In this document: one piece after another, positions 39,283 through 48,897 of the stretch | How positions within the stretch are numbered: position 1 is the stretch's first letter | Layout: the number at the start of each line of letters is the position of its first letter | DNA from: Myxococcales bacterium | GTDB taxonomy: Bacteria > Myxococcota_A > UBA9042 > JABWCM01 > BTVJ01 | Assembly (NCBI GenBank): GCA_045863395.1 | Contig: BTVJ01000007.1 | Location: forward strand, 96,001 to 160,000 | Direction: 5' to 3' | DNA: 64,000 nt | Notes under the pieces: model-generated | Told to the model about the DNA's origin: nothing | The model's input: only the letters and a program-made list of their open reading frames with translations | Databases searched by the model: none | Made by a program: the position numbers and the translations under genes

Positions 39283-39447
39283 TCACTCTGCGCCTGCTAC
39301 GTTTGTCACGTCGGGGGCCGCCACATCGAAGGTCGAGCGCACATGGAGTTCGGCGCGCGCCAGATCGAGGCAGGTGAGGAGGCCAAAGCCGCTGGCCGCG
39401 CCCGTCACGAGGGCCACTCCTCGGGTCTGGGCGGGCGCGGTTGGCAT
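39283..39447 (-). pseudogene. Truncated short-chain dehydrogenase (SDR) N-terminal fragment
   Basis: AGGAG RBS. MPTAPAQTRGVALVTGAASGFGLLTCLDLARAELHV...DVT, stopping after 54 aa. TGxxxGxG Rossmann motif but no catalytic part. Confidence 0.65.
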
Positions 39448-40003
39448 CACGGCTCCTGCTGCGTGGGACGTGGAAGTTCTGGGGGTTCCGGCAGCATACG
39501 GCCGTGGTGGGGCGTGTCAATCAGGGGTGCGGTGCGCGACTGTCGCCCGGTCTGGCGCCCGCGGAGTCGGAGGCCGAGCGCAGGCGGGAGCCTGGCGCAG
39601 CGGTGCGGAGACCTCCGGTGCGGGCTGCGGGCATGGCGACCGGCGTGTGTCGCGGCTCGTACCGTCATGCGCGGGCTCCCCGCGTCGTTCATGCTGGATG
39701 CCCGCGGTTGGTGGATGCTCTGCTCCCGAGGTCAGCGCGATACGGGGCACGAGATGCTGTCGTCCCCCGCAGCGAGGCCTCCCTCCCGAGAAGGAAGCCG
39801 CACGCCTTGGCCATCGGATGGACGTCCCGGAGCGTCCCAGGGAGGACCATGCAGTCAGACCTGGTCGGGATTGGCGGCGCCGGCGGCGGGCGTGGACGTC
39901 GTGCTCCACGGAGGTGCATTCGGGCGTCGGGTAGGTCAGTATCGTGCTTCGGCTGCAAAGGCGGGGTGCGACCATTCGGGTCCACGACCGGAGAGGAGAG
40001 AGG

Positions 40004-42220
40004 GTGACCGAGGAGACCACCGGCGAGGCCGCGAGGGCGTCTACGTGGCGCAGGGGAGGGCCGGCCCTCCACGTGCTCGCCTTTGGCGCGGGAGCGGCCC
40101 TCCTGTTGCTGTGGGCCGGCTGGGGAGCGCTCGGCGACGCCCGGACCTACGGCGGGCCCAACGACGACATCCGGCGGTACTTCGCCCCCCACTACGCCTT
40201 CGTCCGCGACGCGCTGCTCGACGGGCGGCTCCCCCTCTGGAACCCGCACGTGTTCACAGGCCAGCCGGAGCTCGCGTCGGGGCAGTCCGGCGTGCTCTAC
40301 CCGCCACAGCTCGCCGTTCTGCCGGCCCTCGGCGTGACCGCCTGGATCGAGCTGGGGCTACTCCTGCACCTGTGGCTGCTGGCCGTGGCGGGGTACGCCC
40401 TGGCGACCCGGTGGCTCCAGGCGCGCGGGGAGTCGGCCCCCATCGGGGCGGCGCTGGCCGGCCTTGGCGTCGCGCTCTCGGGCTTCTCCATGGGCCGGCT
40501 CGCCGGAGGCCACCTGAGCCTGCTCCACGCGCTGCCGTGGCTCGTGCTCGTGCTCGCGGCCGGCATCGGCGTCGTGGCGCGGGCGTCCCGTGGGTCGGGC
40601 GCTGCGATGGCGGTCTCGATGGCGTTGGCGATCACCGCCGGCGGGATGCAGCTCGCGCCCCTGTTCGCGCCCGTGGCCATCTTCCTCTGGACCACCGTGC
40701 CCCTCGCGCGAGGAGCGGTCCGTCGCGTCGCCGGGTGGGGGCTCATCGGCCTGGCGCTGGCAGGGGCGCAGGCAGTCCCATCCCTGGAACTCGCGGCCCA
40801 CGCGGCTCGTGCGCATCAGCCGCTCGAGGGCATCGCCGAGCTGTTCTCACTTCGCTGGGAGCACCTCCCTGGGCTGCTCCTTCCCCACTGGGTCCGCACG
40901 GTCCAGCCCCACGGCTTCTGGGAGCTGGACGGCTTCGTCGGTGCCCCCATCGTCGCGCTGGCGGTGATGCCCGCCCTCGTCGGGCCCCACCGGGGGGCCG
41001 CCCGGGTGCTCTGGGCCGGCGTGCTGCTCCTCGTGCTCCTGGCGTCGGCTCCGCTGGCGCCCGTGCTCGGCAACCTGCCGGGGTTCCACCTCCTGAGAGT
41101 GCCGGCCCGCCTGCTGGTCGGCCCGGCCATCATCCTGCCGCTGCTCGCTGCGCTCGGCCTGGCCCTCGTCGCGCGGGGCGGGTCCGCCCGCACGACGGCT
41201 GCCGCGGCGCTCACGACGGTCATGGCGCTGGTCGTCGCGCTGGGGGCGTGGGTGGAGACCCGGCTCGCGGTCCCCACGCTGCTCGCCGCCGCCGTCGCGG
41301 CCGCGGCCCTGGCGCTGCGCCGCCTTCCCCCGATGGCCGCGGTCGTCGTCGCAGCCCTCTGCGCCGCTGCGCCGCTGATCGCGAGCGCCGAGGATCCTCT
41401 CCGCGGGAGCCCCGTCGAGGAGCTCGGTGCGCCGCGCCCCACCTCGCTGGTGCCCGGGGCGGGACGGCGACTCGTCGGCGAGGGGGGCTGGAACCTGGGC
41501 ATGGTCGAAGGGTGGCGGAACCTGGGGGGATACGAGCCGGCCCTCACGTGGCGAGCGGCGCTGCTCGTCAGAGCGCTCGACACGGGAGACCCGGCGGGCG
41601 CCTGGATGGACCTCGGGCTCCTGTGGCCTGTCCGCGCCCCGTCCCGCCCCGACCTGGGCCTGCGCTTCGGCTTGTCGCCAGAGGACGTCCTGCCCTCGGC
41701 GGAGTCGCCCGCCACCGCTCGCATGGCGCCCACCCGGGTCGCGCTGGCCGGGTGCGCGGTGTCCGTCCCGGGTACCGAGGAGGCCCTGGCGGCGGCCCTG
41801 GAGCTCCCCCGCCACGTCATCGCAGTGGAGGGAGAGGGGCTCCCCTGCGCCGGCGACTCCTCTGGCGACGTGGGCCCCACACTGGGCCCCGTCCGGGTCC
41901 TCGTCGACGACCCGGAGAGGATCGTCGTGGAGGCAGTCGTCCCACAGGCAGCGCTCCTCGTCGTGCCGGACCTCCCATTCCCCGGGTGGGAGGCCCGCGT
42001 CGATGACCTCTCCGCGCCGATCCTCCCGGCCGATGGGGCGGGTCGGGCGATCCTCCTGTCCGCGGGCGAGCACCGCGTCGAGCTGCGGTATCGTCCCCTC
42101 AGCCTGCGGGTGGGGGCCGCCCTCTCCGCCGGGGGCCTCGTGGCGCTCCTGGTCGCGTGGCTGCTCCCCTCCGGCGTGGCGGCGGCAAGGCGCCTGGCCA
42201 CGCGGTCACACCGGACGTGA
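40004..42220 (+). CDS. YfhO-family polytopic membrane protein (GT-C-like)
   Basis: DIRRYFAP...GRLPLWNPHVFTGQP...LYPP; RVPAR; FPGWEARVD...GEHRVELRYRP. Confidence 0.85.
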   Translation: MTEETTGEAARASTWRRGGPALHVLAFGAGAALLLLWAGWGALGDARTYGGPNDDIRRYFAPHYAFVRDALLDGRLPLWNPHVFTGQPELASGQSGVLYPPQLAVLPALGVTAWIELGLLLHLWLLAVAGYALATRWLQARGESAPIGAALAGLGVALSGFSMGRLAGGHLSLLHALPWLVLVLAAGIGVVARASRGSGAAMAVSMALAITAGGMQLAPLFAPVAIFLWTTVPLARGAVRRVAGWGLIGLALAGAQAVPSLELAAHAARAHQPLEGIAELFSLRWEHLPGLLLPHWVRTVQPHGFWELDGFVGAPIVALAVMPALVGPHRGAARVLWAGVLLLVLLASAPLAPVLGNLPGFHLLRVPARLLVGPAIILPLLAALGLALVARGGSARTTAAAALTTVMALVVALGAWVETRLAVPTLLAAAVAAAALALRRLPPMAAVVVAALCAAAPLIASAEDPLRGSPVEELGAPRPTSLVPGAGRRLVGEGGWNLGMVEGWRNLGGYEPALTWRAALLVRALDTGDPAGAWMDLGLLWPVRAPSRPDLGLRFGLSPEDVLPSAESPATARMAPTRVALAGCAVSVPGTEEALAAALELPRHVIAVEGEGLPCAGDSSGDVGPTLGPVRVLVDDPERIVVEAVVPQAALLVVPDLPFPGWEARVDDLSAPILPADGAGRAILLSAGEHRVELRYRPLSLRVGAALSAGGLVALLVAWLLPSGVAAARRLATRSHRT

Positions 42221-42223
42221 CCC

Positions 42224-42847
42224 TCACGAGGTCCGTCGCGCCAGGCCCGCCCCGCCGCCCATGCTGCGGCGCCACGCGTACAGGCCGCGGGCCGCGAGGC
42301 AGAGGAAGATGACGTACAGGCCCGCGGTGAGCGCCAGGTCCTTGGCCAGGTAGATACCCACCGAGAGGACGTCCACGGCGATCCAGAGGGCCCAGCTCTC
42401 CAGGACCTTGCGCGCGAGCAGGTACTGCGCCGTCAGGGAGAGCGCGGTGGTGGTGGCGTCCCAATAGGGAAGCGAAGCGTCGGTCCATCGCACCAGCGCC
42501 GCGCCCATGACGGCCGCCGTCGTCACCGTCAGGGTGCCCAGCAGTGCCGCGAGCCGCGGCGTGATCCGGGTCACCGGGAGCGCCGCCCGTTGCTCCCCCG
42601 GGTGGAGCCAGCGCCACCACCCGTAGATGGACAGCGCCACGTAGACCACCTGGAGGCCGGCGTCCGCGTAGAGCCTCACCTCCATGAACAGCGCCAGGAA
42701 GAGCGCGGCGTTCAGGATCCCCATCGGCCAGCACCAGAGGCTCTGCCGCGTGGTGAGCCACACGCACAGGAGGCCTGTCAAGGCCCCTGCGGCCTCGAGC
42801 CACGACATGCCGCTCAATAGATCGACCGCGGCGTCCAGCCACGCCAT
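42224..42847 (-). CDS. pnuC: Nicotinamide riboside transporter PnuC family
   Basis: LCVWLTTRQSLWCWPMG, LYADAGLQ, YGWWRW, PYWDATTT, AQYLLARKVLESWALWIAVD. Confidence 0.9.
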   Translation of the reverse strand: MAWLDAAVDLLSGMSWLEAAGALTGLLCVWLTTRQSLWCWPMGILNAALFLALFMEVRLYADAGLQVVYVALSIYGWWRWLHPGEQRAALPVTRITPRLAALLGTLTVTTAAVMGAALVRWTDASLPYWDATTTALSLTAQYLLARKVLESWALWIAVDVLSVGIYLAKDLALTAGLYVIFLCLAARGLYAWRRSMGGGAGLARRTS

Positions 42848-42851
42848 GAGG

Positions 42852-43577
42852 CTACCTCTTCGGGCACTCCACCGAGACCCCGAGGGCCCAGAGCGGCAGA
42901 TCGAGGGCGAGCACGAGCCCTGGCACGTCCCCGGACAGCGTGATGGACACCGGAACGTGGCGCGCGATGCCCTCCTCCATGCCCTTGCGCGGCCTGTCGT
43001 AGCGCTCGTCATCGGCGAGCGGGAAGCGCAGCGCCTTGCCAGGCTTCGCCGCCAGGGTCCGCGCCGTGGAGCCCGGCTTGCCGTAGCAGCCCTCGTAGTG
43101 GACGGTCACCGACACGGGGGCGCCCAGGTCCTCCTTCAGGGTCACGACCAGCGCGCCCTTCTGCACCTTCGCGGTGAGCCCGTCCCAGGCCGCCGCCGCC
43201 GTCACGTGCATGGCCGCCAGCCCGCGACCGACCCGCTCCACGCGGATGCCGTCCCGCCCCTCCACCCAGTCGCTGCGCATCTGCATCATGGGGCACTCGG
43301 GATCGTATTTCAGGGGCGCCGCAGTGTCTTGGGCCTCGCGCCCTGTGACGCTCACCGCCCTCTTCTGGAGCGCCTCCAGCGCCACGTCGCTCCCCACCAC
43401 CCGCGTGAAGCCCACCTCCGGGTGGGGGTTCACCCACTCCACCCTGCCGTCGACGCACTGCTTGTCCGCCTGCTCGGTCAGGAAGCCCAGTACACGCACC
43501 GGCTTGGGCTCCGCTCCGGCGCTGGCTCCCGCCCCCCAAGATGTCGCCACCCCCACCGCGATCCACCACGCTCTCAT
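42852..43577 (-). CDS. Hypothetical exported protein
   Basis: Signal peptide MRAWWIAVGVATSWGAGASA; co-oriented with flanking genes; AGGAGG RBS. Confidence 0.65.
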   Translation of the reverse strand: MRAWWIAVGVATSWGAGASAGAEPKPVRVLGFLTEQADKQCVDGRVEWVNPHPEVGFTRVVGSDVALEALQKRAVSVTGREAQDTAAPLKYDPECPMMQMRSDWVEGRDGIRVERVGRGLAAMHVTAAAAWDGLTAKVQKGALVVTLKEDLGAPVSVTVHYEGCYGKPGSTARTLAAKPGKALRFPLADDERYDRPRKGMEEGIARHVPVSITLSGDVPGLVLALDLPLWALGVSVECPKR

Positions 43578-43614
43578 GGGCTCCTCCTCGGGCTCTGTCC
43601 CTGAAGCCTCAGAC

Positions 43615-46600
43615 CTACTTGCCCACCCGCGGCTCCGTGAGCTGCACGAGGCCGCGACCCGGGTAGTAGAAGGCGGGCAGGAACGGCTTGCTGTCCTCGA
43701 ACTGGTCGCTCGTGATCCACCCTCGGTCCCGCAGCCGCGTCATGATGTGCTGCATGCGGTGCTGCCAGCGGGCGTCGAGGCCTCCGGCCTTCCATTGGGC
43801 GTAGCCGCACTTGGGGCAGGGCTTGAGGCCCATCAGGAACGCGGTCTCCAGCGGGGTCAGGTCCTGCGCCCGCTTGTCGAAGTAGTGGCGCGCGGCCCGG
43901 GTGATGCCCCAGATCTCCGGCCCGTACTCGATGCAGTTCAGGTAGAGCTCCAGGATGCGCTCCTTCGGTACGCGCTGCTCCATGTACCAGGTGATGATCG
44001 CCTCCTCCGCCTTGCGGGACAGCGTCTTCTCCCGCGAGAGGAACAGGTTCTTCACGAGCTGCTGGGAGATCGTGCTGCCGCCGTAGACATAGCGCCCGTA
44101 GTCCAGGTCCATCTTGACGGCGCGCTTGATCAGGTTGAGGCGGAAGCCGTTGTGGTCGTAGAAGGCGAGGTCCTCCGTGGCGATGGCGCCCCACCCCACG
44201 TACTCGGGCAGCGACTTGAGGCGGGTGAACGACCGCGTGCCCGGCCCCACCTTGGTGTTCAGGTCCTGGCCGTTGACCACCACGTCGTTGACATAGCCGC
44301 GGCTGTTGAGGGCGTCGATGTCCATGTCCGCGCTGAACGTGACCACGGAGCAGCTCTTCAGGTCACCGTCCAGGTCGAGCTTGAACGTGTAGCTGTCGCG
44401 CAGGTCGATCCACGCCTTCAGGTCGAACCAGATGATCCCCTTGGTGGTCAGGCCGCCGAGGCGCGGGATCAGCGCCTTCGGGATGGAGCGCGCCACCGCC
44501 GCGCAGTCCTGCTTCGGCATGGCGACGTGCAGGTCCAGCTCGGGCACCCCCGACGCTCGCTTGACCCTGGCCGTGGCCTTGATCTCCGCCTCGCCGAAGC
44601 GCAGCCGCGGGATGTCGACGTCCAGCGTGTCCTTCGTCCGGTCGTAGGCCCCCTTGAAGTCCAGTTCCAGGGTGAGCCCCGTCACGGGCGAGTGGGCGAT
44701 GCGCCAGAAGTCGATGCCCAGGTCCCGAGCGCCGATGCGGCCGGTCACCACCGGGCGCTCGGGGTCGGTCGGGTCGAGGTGCAGCTCGAAGCTCACCTCG
44801 GAGGTCGGCACGACGTGGATCTTCTCCGAGAGCTGCGCGAGCATCTGCGCCAGGCGGCGGCCGCTGGTCGAGACGTCCAGGGACGTGAGGCGCCGCTGGG
44901 AGTCCACGCTGCCCGCGATGCGCAGCGCCGTCGTGTGGGCCCGCTCCTCCGTGACGTGCGTCTCCAGGTCGAAGCGGAGCGCCCCTGGGAGCTCTCCCGG
45001 CGCCAGCACCGCGTCGACGCCGCTGAGGCGCACGGTCTCGCGCCGGTCCCCCCGGCTGCGCAGCACGAGCTCTCCTTCATCGACGCGGAGGTCGAGCAGG
45101 CTCAGGCGGTCCAGCAGAGCGCCCAGGGCAGGGCGGCCGTTGGCGGACATTCCGTTGGGAGGCATGGGGTTCGCCGGCTTCCCCTTGGGTGGCTTCGGCG
45201 TGGCCGGCCCCCCCTTCACCCCGGCCCTCTTCGCGCCCGTCGCGGGAGGAGCGACCTGGTCTTGTGGCTCTGCGCCGGGGTCCACCGTGTCCTCGTCGTC
45301 GAGCAGCGCCATGAGCGAGCCCCACGGACCATCGTCTCCCAGGAGGCCCTCGGGCTCCTCCAGCTCGACGCGGGGGTGGCCGAGGCGCAGTCGGCGCACG
45401 GCGCTCACCGGGTCCGACAGGCGGAGCCCCGCCAGGCGCACGTCCAGTGTGGCGGCGCTCAGGCGCGGCAGGCCACCCGGCGCTCGGGCGTCCAGGTCCG
45501 TGACCAGCGCGTGCTCGATGCGCTCGAGCAGCTCCTCCGGGCTCCCGCCGCCCGCGCGAAGGGTCAGCGTCGCCTTGCCCGCCTTGGCGCTGGCCCCGTC
45601 CCCGGCGGCGCTCAGGCCCTCGACCTCCAGGCGGGTCGCCCGCGCGAGGAGGGCCGCGGCCATCTCCTTGGGGCTCCCGCCCGACTCCCCCTCCGCCGCC
45701 TCGGAGAGCTTCAGCTCCACGAGCGAAGCCCGAGCGGTGCGCCCCCCGAGCGCCACGTCCACGCTCTTCGCCGTGATGGAGCCGATGTCCGCGGGGCGGG
45801 GCACGAGGCCCCCGCGCAGGTCGACGCTCACCTCCGCCGCCGAGAGGAGGCGCTGCCCCCCATCCGGTGAGAGGAGCTCGAGGCTCGTCACCCCGACGTG
45901 CTCGCCCGAGCGCAGCACGAGCCCCGAGATGCGCACGCGCGGGGCCTCGGGCCTCAGGGGCGGCAGGTCCAGAGGCGCGTCCAGGAATGCCTCCAGGTCG
46001 AGCGTCGGCGCGTCGCCCCGCGTCACCCGCGCCGACACCCGGAACCCGACACGCCGAGTGCCTGGCACCGACCCCTGGAGGGTGGCGACCAGGGCGCTCG
46101 GCTCGGCCTCGACGGTCCCCGTCAGGTGCTCCACGGTCACGCGCGCCGTTCCGCCAAGGGGCGGGGTGTCCGTGACGGTCGCGTGGACCGTCGCGTCCTC
46201 CAGGACCAGCCGCGGGAGCCTCCCCCCGTCGGTGCCACCCTGCCGCTTGCCCCTGCCAAGGGCCTCGCGCAGCTCATCCAGCTCGGCGAGGCGCCCGCCG
46301 CGAACGGTCACCCCCGCCCAGAGCCCGCGCAGGACCACCTCGTCAGGGCGGCGGCTCCCCGACAGGACGGCGGCCACGTCGAAGCGCGCCGTCAGCCGCT
46401 CGATGCCTGCGGAGATTCGGCCCGGCTCGCCCGGGGCCGAGACCCGCAGCCCGTGGAGCTCCAGCGTGCCGTCGAGCCCGAGGCGCACGTCATCGACGAC
46501 GACCGTGCGCCGGGTTCGCCGGCCCACCTCCTGGAGCCGCTCCAGGACCTCCAGGCGCGCGAGGTGGAGCAGGGCGACGAACGCGAGGGTGGCGACCGCC

Positions 46601-46665
46601 GCAAGCGTCAGCAGCGTGAGCCCGATGCCCACGAGCCACCGGCGGACCCGCTGCTCGCGGCGCAT
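43615..46665 (-). CDS. Monofunctional peptidoglycan transglycosylase (GT51) with a ~780-aa N-terminal beta-rich extension
   Basis: ATEDLAFYDHNG, GGSTISQQLVKNLFL, RKAEE, KERILELYLN, AARHYF. N-terminal TM. No transpeptidase domain follows. Confidence 0.85.
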   Translation of the reverse strand: MRREQRVRRWLVGIGLTLLTLAAVATLAFVALLHLARLEVLERLQEVGRRTRRTVVVDDVRLGLDGTLELHGLRVSAPGEPGRISAGIERLTARFDVAAVLSGSRRPDEVVLRGLWAGVTVRGGRLAELDELREALGRGKRQGGTDGGRLPRLVLEDATVHATVTDTPPLGGTARVTVEHLTGTVEAEPSALVATLQGSVPGTRRVGFRVSARVTRGDAPTLDLEAFLDAPLDLPPLRPEAPRVRISGLVLRSGEHVGVTSLELLSPDGGQRLLSAAEVSVDLRGGLVPRPADIGSITAKSVDVALGGRTARASLVELKLSEAAEGESGGSPKEMAAALLARATRLEVEGLSAAGDGASAKAGKATLTLRAGGGSPEELLERIEHALVTDLDARAPGGLPRLSAATLDVRLAGLRLSDPVSAVRRLRLGHPRVELEEPEGLLGDDGPWGSLMALLDDEDTVDPGAEPQDQVAPPATGAKRAGVKGGPATPKPPKGKPANPMPPNGMSANGRPALGALLDRLSLLDLRVDEGELVLRSRGDRRETVRLSGVDAVLAPGELPGALRFDLETHVTEERAHTTALRIAGSVDSQRRLTSLDVSTSGRRLAQMLAQLSEKIHVVPTSEVSFELHLDPTDPERPVVTGRIGARDLGIDFWRIAHSPVTGLTLELDFKGAYDRTKDTLDVDIPRLRFGEAEIKATARVKRASGVPELDLHVAMPKQDCAAVARSIPKALIPRLGGLTTKGIIWFDLKAWIDLRDSYTFKLDLDGDLKSCSVVTFSADMDIDALNSRGYVNDVVVNGQDLNTKVGPGTRSFTRLKSLPEYVGWGAIATEDLAFYDHNGFRLNLIKRAVKMDLDYGRYVYGGSTISQQLVKNLFLSREKTLSRKAEEAIITWYMEQRVPKERILELYLNCIEYGPEIWGITRAARHYFDKRAQDLTPLETAFLMGLKPCPKCGYAQWKAGGLDARWQHRMQHIMTRLRDRGWITSDQFEDSKPFLPAFYYPGRGLVQLTEPRVGK

Positions 46666-46724
46666 GAAGAACACGGTGCCGGCGCGAGGCTCTGCGTCCG
46701 GGCGTGGGGCCTTGAGAGGGGCGG

Positions 46725-48839
46725 TCATCGTCGGGGGCGCCGCCAGAGCAGCAGGGCGAGGAGCGGCGCAAGCGACGCAGGACCCGGCGCCGCCCCGCAC
46801 CCGCCCGTGGTCTCCCAGGTGCGCCCCACCTCCTTGACTGGGCCGCCGGGGCTCCAGGGGGCGACGTCCTCGCCCGCCTCGCCCCCTGCGTCAGGTGCGT
46901 CCAGGCAGGGCAGGGCGCTCCACGCGCCGCCGCAGCAGTAGCCGGACGACACGGTCTGGCCGCCACAGATGCACACGTCCTTCAGGAACGGTCCCTGGGC
47001 GCAGGCGAGGGCGTCCGGGTCGATGGTGAAGTCGCGGGGGCCGGCGATGTTGTTGGCCTCGCTGGTCTCCTGCACCTGCTTGAGCGTGTCGATGACCAGC
47101 CAGGACTTGTAGGTGCCCCCCGGGGCGCCGTTCAACGCGAAGGACACCGACGTCTCCTCCCCGGGCAGCAGCAGCTCCACCGTCCGGAAGGCATCCCCGC
47201 GCTCCCCGATCAGTGGCTGCAGGGGCAGGTCGTAGATCACGTCGGCGTCGAAGGGGCCCGCGGGCACGTCGCCCGCGTTGCGCACGGTCGCCAGGTAGAG
47301 CACGTCGTTGCCGGTCACCTTGGCCGCGAAGGTCAGGATCTCGACGTCCGGCCCCGTCACGGGCACCACGACGACGTCCAGGGGGCCCGCCGCGTTGTTC
47401 TTCTCGTCGCTCTCGCCGATGAGGTTCAGCGCGTCCACCACGGCCCAGGAGCGCCACTGTCCCACGTCCGCCGCCGCCCACGTGAGCTCGTAGACGGCCG
47501 CTGCTCCCGGGGCGAGGCCCACGGGCTCCTGGACGTAGTCGCCCTCGGGGATCTGGCCGATGAGCACGTTGGGCTTGTACTCGGAGTCGTAGAACACGTC
47601 CACGTCGAAGGGGCCGGTCGATGCGGTCCCGCCGTTGGTGATCTGCACGGTGTACTTGACGTCGGCGCCGAAGACCAGCGCCTCGAAGGCCGTGACCTGC
47701 AGGTCGGGCGCCGGCCCCGGGAGCTGCACGTAGACGGTGATGGGCCCGATGACGTTGTTCTGCTCGTTCAGCTCGTCCGCCGCGTCACCGACGTCCAGCA
47801 GGACCCAGGCGTGGTGCGTGCCGGTGGGCGCGTCCTCCCAGCCGATGAGCACGGTCTCTGCCTCGCCGGCGCCGAGCGGCGGGACCAGCGCCTCCCGGTA
47901 GTCGTAGGCGGTGAACGTGAGCGGCGTGGGCGGGGTGTCCGAGTCGAGCACCACCACGGCCTTCGTCGGGGGACAGGGCGACTGGCCCACGTTGCGCACG
48001 TCCATCGTGAAGGTCACCGCCGTGCCCATGGTCGTCACGTCCAGCCCGCCCAGGTAGACGTCCGGCTGGAGCTCCTCCACGGTGCCGACCTCCACGGTCA
48101 GGGGGCCGAAGACGTTGTTTGCCTCGTCGGGCTCGGCCACGAAGTCGAGGGAGTCGGCGAGGGCCCAGGAGGTGTATGTGCCTGCGGTGAGGGCGATGGG
48201 CGGCAGGTCGACGACCGCCGTCACGCCCGGTCCCAGGGGGGCGATCCAGACGAACTGTTGCCCCTCGTCGCCTACCTCCGGGGGGCTGTCTCGGTCCACG
48301 AAGAGGTCCACGACGAAGGTGTCCGACTGCACCGTGCCGGCGTTGCGGACCCGGACCTCGTAGAGCGCCACGTCGTCGTAGACCTTCACCGAGAGCTTCT
48401 CGAGCACGATGTCGGCCCCCGGCGGGGCGATGCTGACGGGGACGATGACGAGGTTGTCTGCCTCGTTGCCCTCCTTGACGATCCCGCAGGAGTCCACGAA
48501 CACGGTGCCGACGTGTGGCTCCGTGTCCACGTACAGCACGGTGAGCTGCACGACCTCGCTGGCCTTCGCCGGAAGGCTGGGGATGAACGCCTCCGCGATG
48601 CTGGTGCTCGTGGGCGTGGGGGGGCCGACCAGGTCCCAGAACAGGTCGACGCACACGGTGGAGGCGTCCTGATCCCCGTCGTTGCGGACCGTCGCGGTGA
48701 GGACCACCGTGTAGAGCCCGCCCTCGGACGGGGTGGCCTCCCACGTGACGTCCGCCGTCAGCTCCGGGGACGCCAGGGCGGGCGTCGCCGCCATCACGCA
48801 GGCGACCGCTGCGGCACGGAGCAGGGCTGTGGGGTGCAT
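46725..48839 (-). CDS. CARDB-repeat surface protein (about 5 domains) with a MYXO-CTERM-type tail
   Basis: Repeated VRNxG...VDS/IDT...ExDExNN units; tail GGCGAAPGPASLAPLLALLLWRRPRR. Confidence 0.85.
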   Translation of the reverse strand: MHPTALLRAAAVACVMAATPALASPELTADVTWEATPSEGGLYTVVLTATVRNDGDQDASTVCVDLFWDLVGPPTPTSTSIAEAFIPSLPAKASEVVQLTVLYVDTEPHVGTVFVDSCGIVKEGNEADNLVIVPVSIAPPGADIVLEKLSVKVYDDVALYEVRVRNAGTVQSDTFVVDLFVDRDSPPEVGDEGQQFVWIAPLGPGVTAVVDLPPIALTAGTYTSWALADSLDFVAEPDEANNVFGPLTVEVGTVEELQPDVYLGGLDVTTMGTAVTFTMDVRNVGQSPCPPTKAVVVLDSDTPPTPLTFTAYDYREALVPPLGAGEAETVLIGWEDAPTGTHHAWVLLDVGDAADELNEQNNVIGPITVYVQLPGPAPDLQVTAFEALVFGADVKYTVQITNGGTASTGPFDVDVFYDSEYKPNVLIGQIPEGDYVQEPVGLAPGAAAVYELTWAAADVGQWRSWAVVDALNLIGESDEKNNAAGPLDVVVVPVTGPDVEILTFAAKVTGNDVLYLATVRNAGDVPAGPFDADVIYDLPLQPLIGERGDAFRTVELLLPGEETSVSFALNGAPGGTYKSWLVIDTLKQVQETSEANNIAGPRDFTIDPDALACAQGPFLKDVCICGGQTVSSGYCCGGAWSALPCLDAPDAGGEAGEDVAPWSPGGPVKEVGRTWETTGGCGAAPGPASLAPLLALLLWRRPRR

Positions 48840-48897
48840 GGGGGCCTCCTGGGCGCTCACTCCTCGGAGGAGGTGGAGCTCGGGCATTGTAGCCGCG

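Noticed and set aside
39849..40007. Small ORF after GGAGG (MQSDLVG...) and a GVDVVLH/YRASAAK SDR-like patch in another frame
   Set aside because: Low-complexity translation and similarity too weak to support a call.
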